Source of the DNA: an uncultured Lachnospiraceae bacterium
GTDB lineage: Bacteria > Bacillota > Clostridia > Lachnospirales > Lachnospiraceae
Direction of reading: 5' to 3'
DNA: 62,577 nucleotides
Assembly (NCBI GenBank): GCA_902784165.1
Contig: CACZTL010000004.1
Location: 1 to 62,577, forward strand
Shown: piece by piece, positions 60,755 to 62,577 of the stretch
Position numbering within the stretch: the stretch's first letter is position 1
Layout: the number at the start of each line of letters is the position of its first letter
Position numbers and translations under genes: made by a program
Notes under the pieces: generated by a model
Database searches by the model: none
What the model was told of the DNA's origin: nothing
The model's input: only the letters and a program-made list of their open reading frames with translations

Positions 60755-62467
60755 TTATATTTTACAGCAATCAACCTCAAGCACTGCGCCTCTGTTTCCT
60801 GATGTAACCATAGAAGCATAACGCGCAAGATACCCTGTAGTAATAACCGGCGCCTTCGGCATCCAGTTCTTTCTTCTCTCCTCCATCTCTTCATCGGAAA
60901 CATCAAGCGTAATAGTGAAATTAGGTATATCGATCTTAATGATATCTCCTTCATGCACAAGCGCGATAGGCCCTCCAACCGCTGCCTCCGGTGATACATG
61001 ACCGATAGATGCGCCACGGCTGGCACCGGAAAACCTTCCGTCCGTAATAAGCGCTACCGTTGAACCGAGCCCCATGCCTGCTATAGCTGATGTAGGATTT
61101 AACATCTCTCGCATACCCGGTCCGCCTTTAGGCCCTTCATACCTGATAACAACCACATCACCCGGATTGATTTTACCACCCTTTATAGCCGCTATGGCAT
61201 CCTCCTCACACTCAAAAACCCTCGCAGGACCCTCGTGCACCATCATCTCATCCACAACAGCCGATCTCTTTACCACGCTTCCGTCCGGAGCAAGATTGCC
61301 CGAAAGAACCGCAAGACCTCCGGTCTTACTGTAAGGATCATCAAACGGCCTGATTATTTCCTCATCCTTGTTGACAGAATCTGCTATATTTTCACCGATG
61401 GTATTTCCTGTAACCGTCATACATTCCGTATGTATAAGATCGTGATCGGCGAGCTGCTTCATAACCGCATATACGCCGCCTGCCTCCTGAAGGTCTTCCA
61501 TATATGCCGGACCTGCCGGGGCGAGATGACAGAGGTTCGGAGTTTTTTCGCTTATCTCATTAGCGAATTTTATATCAAAATCAAAGCCGATCTCATGAGC
61601 TATCGCCGGCAAATGTAACATACTGTTTGTAGAACAGCCGAGAGCCATATCCACCGTAAGTGCATTAAGTATCGCTTCCTTTGTCATGATATCCCGAGGT
61701 CTTATATTCTTCCTTATAAGCTCCATAACCTGCATACCTGCATGCTTTGCAAGCTTAATCCTTTCGGAATAAACAGCGGGAATAGTACCGTTACCTTTAA
61801 GTCCCATTCCGAGTGCCTCTGTCAGGCAGTTCATGGAATTTGCTGTATACATGCCGGAGCATGATCCGCAGGTGGGACAGGCATGGTTCTCATAATCAAG
61901 AACATCCTCCTCAGTCATGGTTCCGGCTGCATTGGCACCTACTGCCTCAAACATGGATGAAAGGCTTCTCTTTTGCCTCTTCACGCGTCCGGCAAGCATG
62001 GGGCCTCCGCTGACAAATACCGTAGGCACATTTACCCTCGCTGCCGCCATAAGAAGTCCCGGAACATTCTTATCACAATTAGGTATCATTACAAGACCGT
62101 CGAACTGGTGGGCGATAGCCATAGCCTCGGTAGAATCGGCTATCAAATCTCTTGTTACAAGCGAATACTTCATTCCGACGTGTCCCATCGCTATTCCGTC
62201 ACACACTGCGATTGCCGGAAATACAAGAGGCGTTCCGCCGGCTGCTGCAACACCCATCTTTACGGCATCCGCTATCTTATCAAGATTCATATGACCCGGA
62301 ACAACTTCATTGTACGAGCTTACTATCCCGATGATAGGGCGGGACATCTCTTCTCTCGTAAGACCGAGCGCATTAAGAAGCGAACGCTGAGGAGCGTGCT
62401 CAACGCCTGCCGTTATCTGGTCGCTTTTCAAATTTTTCTTGTCCGGAAATAAATTTTCTTTTCCCAT
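60755..62467 (-). CDS. ilvD: dihydroxy-acid dehydratase
   Basis: ATG 62467 behind AGGTGA. IlvD/Edd blocks CDKNVPG and [10 protein letters not shown]. Confidence 0.95.
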   Translation of the reverse strand: MGKENLFPDKKNLKSDQITAGVEHAPQRSLLNALGLTREEMSRPIIGIVSSYNEVVPGHMNLDKIADAVKMGVAAAGGTPLVFPAIAVCDGIAMGHVGMKYSLVTRDLIADSTEAMAIAHQFDGLVMIPNCDKNVPGLLMAAARVNVPTVFVSGGPMLAGRVKRQKRSLSSMFEAVGANAAGTMTEEDVLDYENHACPTCGSCSGMYTANSMNCLTEALGMGLKGNGTIPAVYSERIKLAKHAGMQVMELIRKNIRPRDIMTKEAILNALTVDMALGCSTNSMLHLPAIAHEIGFDFDIKFANEISEKTPNLCHLAPAGPAYMEDLQEAGGVYAVMKQLADHDLIHTECMTVTGNTIGENIADSVNKDEEIIRPFDDPYSKTGGLAVLSGNLAPDGSVVKRSAVVDEMMVHEGPARVFECEEDAIAAIKGGKINPGDVVVIRYEGPKGGPGMREMLNPTSAIAGMGLGSTVALITDGRFSGASRGASIGHVSPEAAVGGPIALVHEGDIIKIDIPNFTITLDVSDEEMEERRKNWMPKAPVITTGYLARYASMVTSGNRGAVLEVDCCKI

Positions 62468-62509
62468 ATATATCACCTGCTGTATCTGATAAATAAAAAC
62501 TACCGTTTT

Positions 62510-62577
62510 AGTGTGTCAGATGGGGACAGTCCCTTTGTGTCAGTGCTGACACAAAGGGACTGTCCCCATTTGACACA
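62510..62577. repeat. nested palindromic element, type A, cut by the window edge
   Basis: AGTGTGTCAGATGGGGACAGTCCCTTTGTGTCAGTGCTGACACAAAGGGACTGTCCCCATTTGACACA, upstream of ilvD. Confidence 0.9.

Overview
This 62.6-kb window is chromosomal sequence from a low-GC Firmicute, with Clostridia/Lachnospiraceae-like gene content and order (ytfJ-ytfI sporulation pair, plsX-acpP-rnc-smc-ftsY block). I call 54 protein genes; all but one are on the minus strand, as are a tmRNA and tRNA-Gly(GCC). The content is core housekeeping: recA, pgsA, rimO, nadE, valS, clpX, rpsT, mrdA/rodA, zapA, thiI, nifS-like, rsmE, prmA, scpAB, guaB, ilvA, ftsY, smc, rnc, acpP, plsX, ung, hisF, mtaB, trpB2, serA, serC, ilvB and ilvD. 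It also holds one OmpR-type two-component pair and a few small hypothetical genes. I see no transposase, integrase, phage gene, CRISPR-Cas, restriction-modification, toxin-antitoxin or other multi-gene defence or accessory module, so I do not claim a novel protein system. The main unexplained signal is non-coding. A dispersed family of about 70-bp nested palindromes (modules GTGTGTCAG and GGGGACAGTCCC), with shorter derivatives, fills many intergenic spacers at roughly one copy per 3 kb. One full-length copy sits in frame inside the U32 peptidase gene. Some copies appear to supply TTGACA -35 boxes, and the spacer bases covary between the two arms. Secondary observations are listed in the findings: a candidate ~180-nt plus-strand sRNA with a consensus promoter and terminator, an FtsY with a C-terminal acidic repeat tail, and an HPr-like protein lacking His15. 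All calls come from reading the sequence and from remembered family motifs; no database search was possible.
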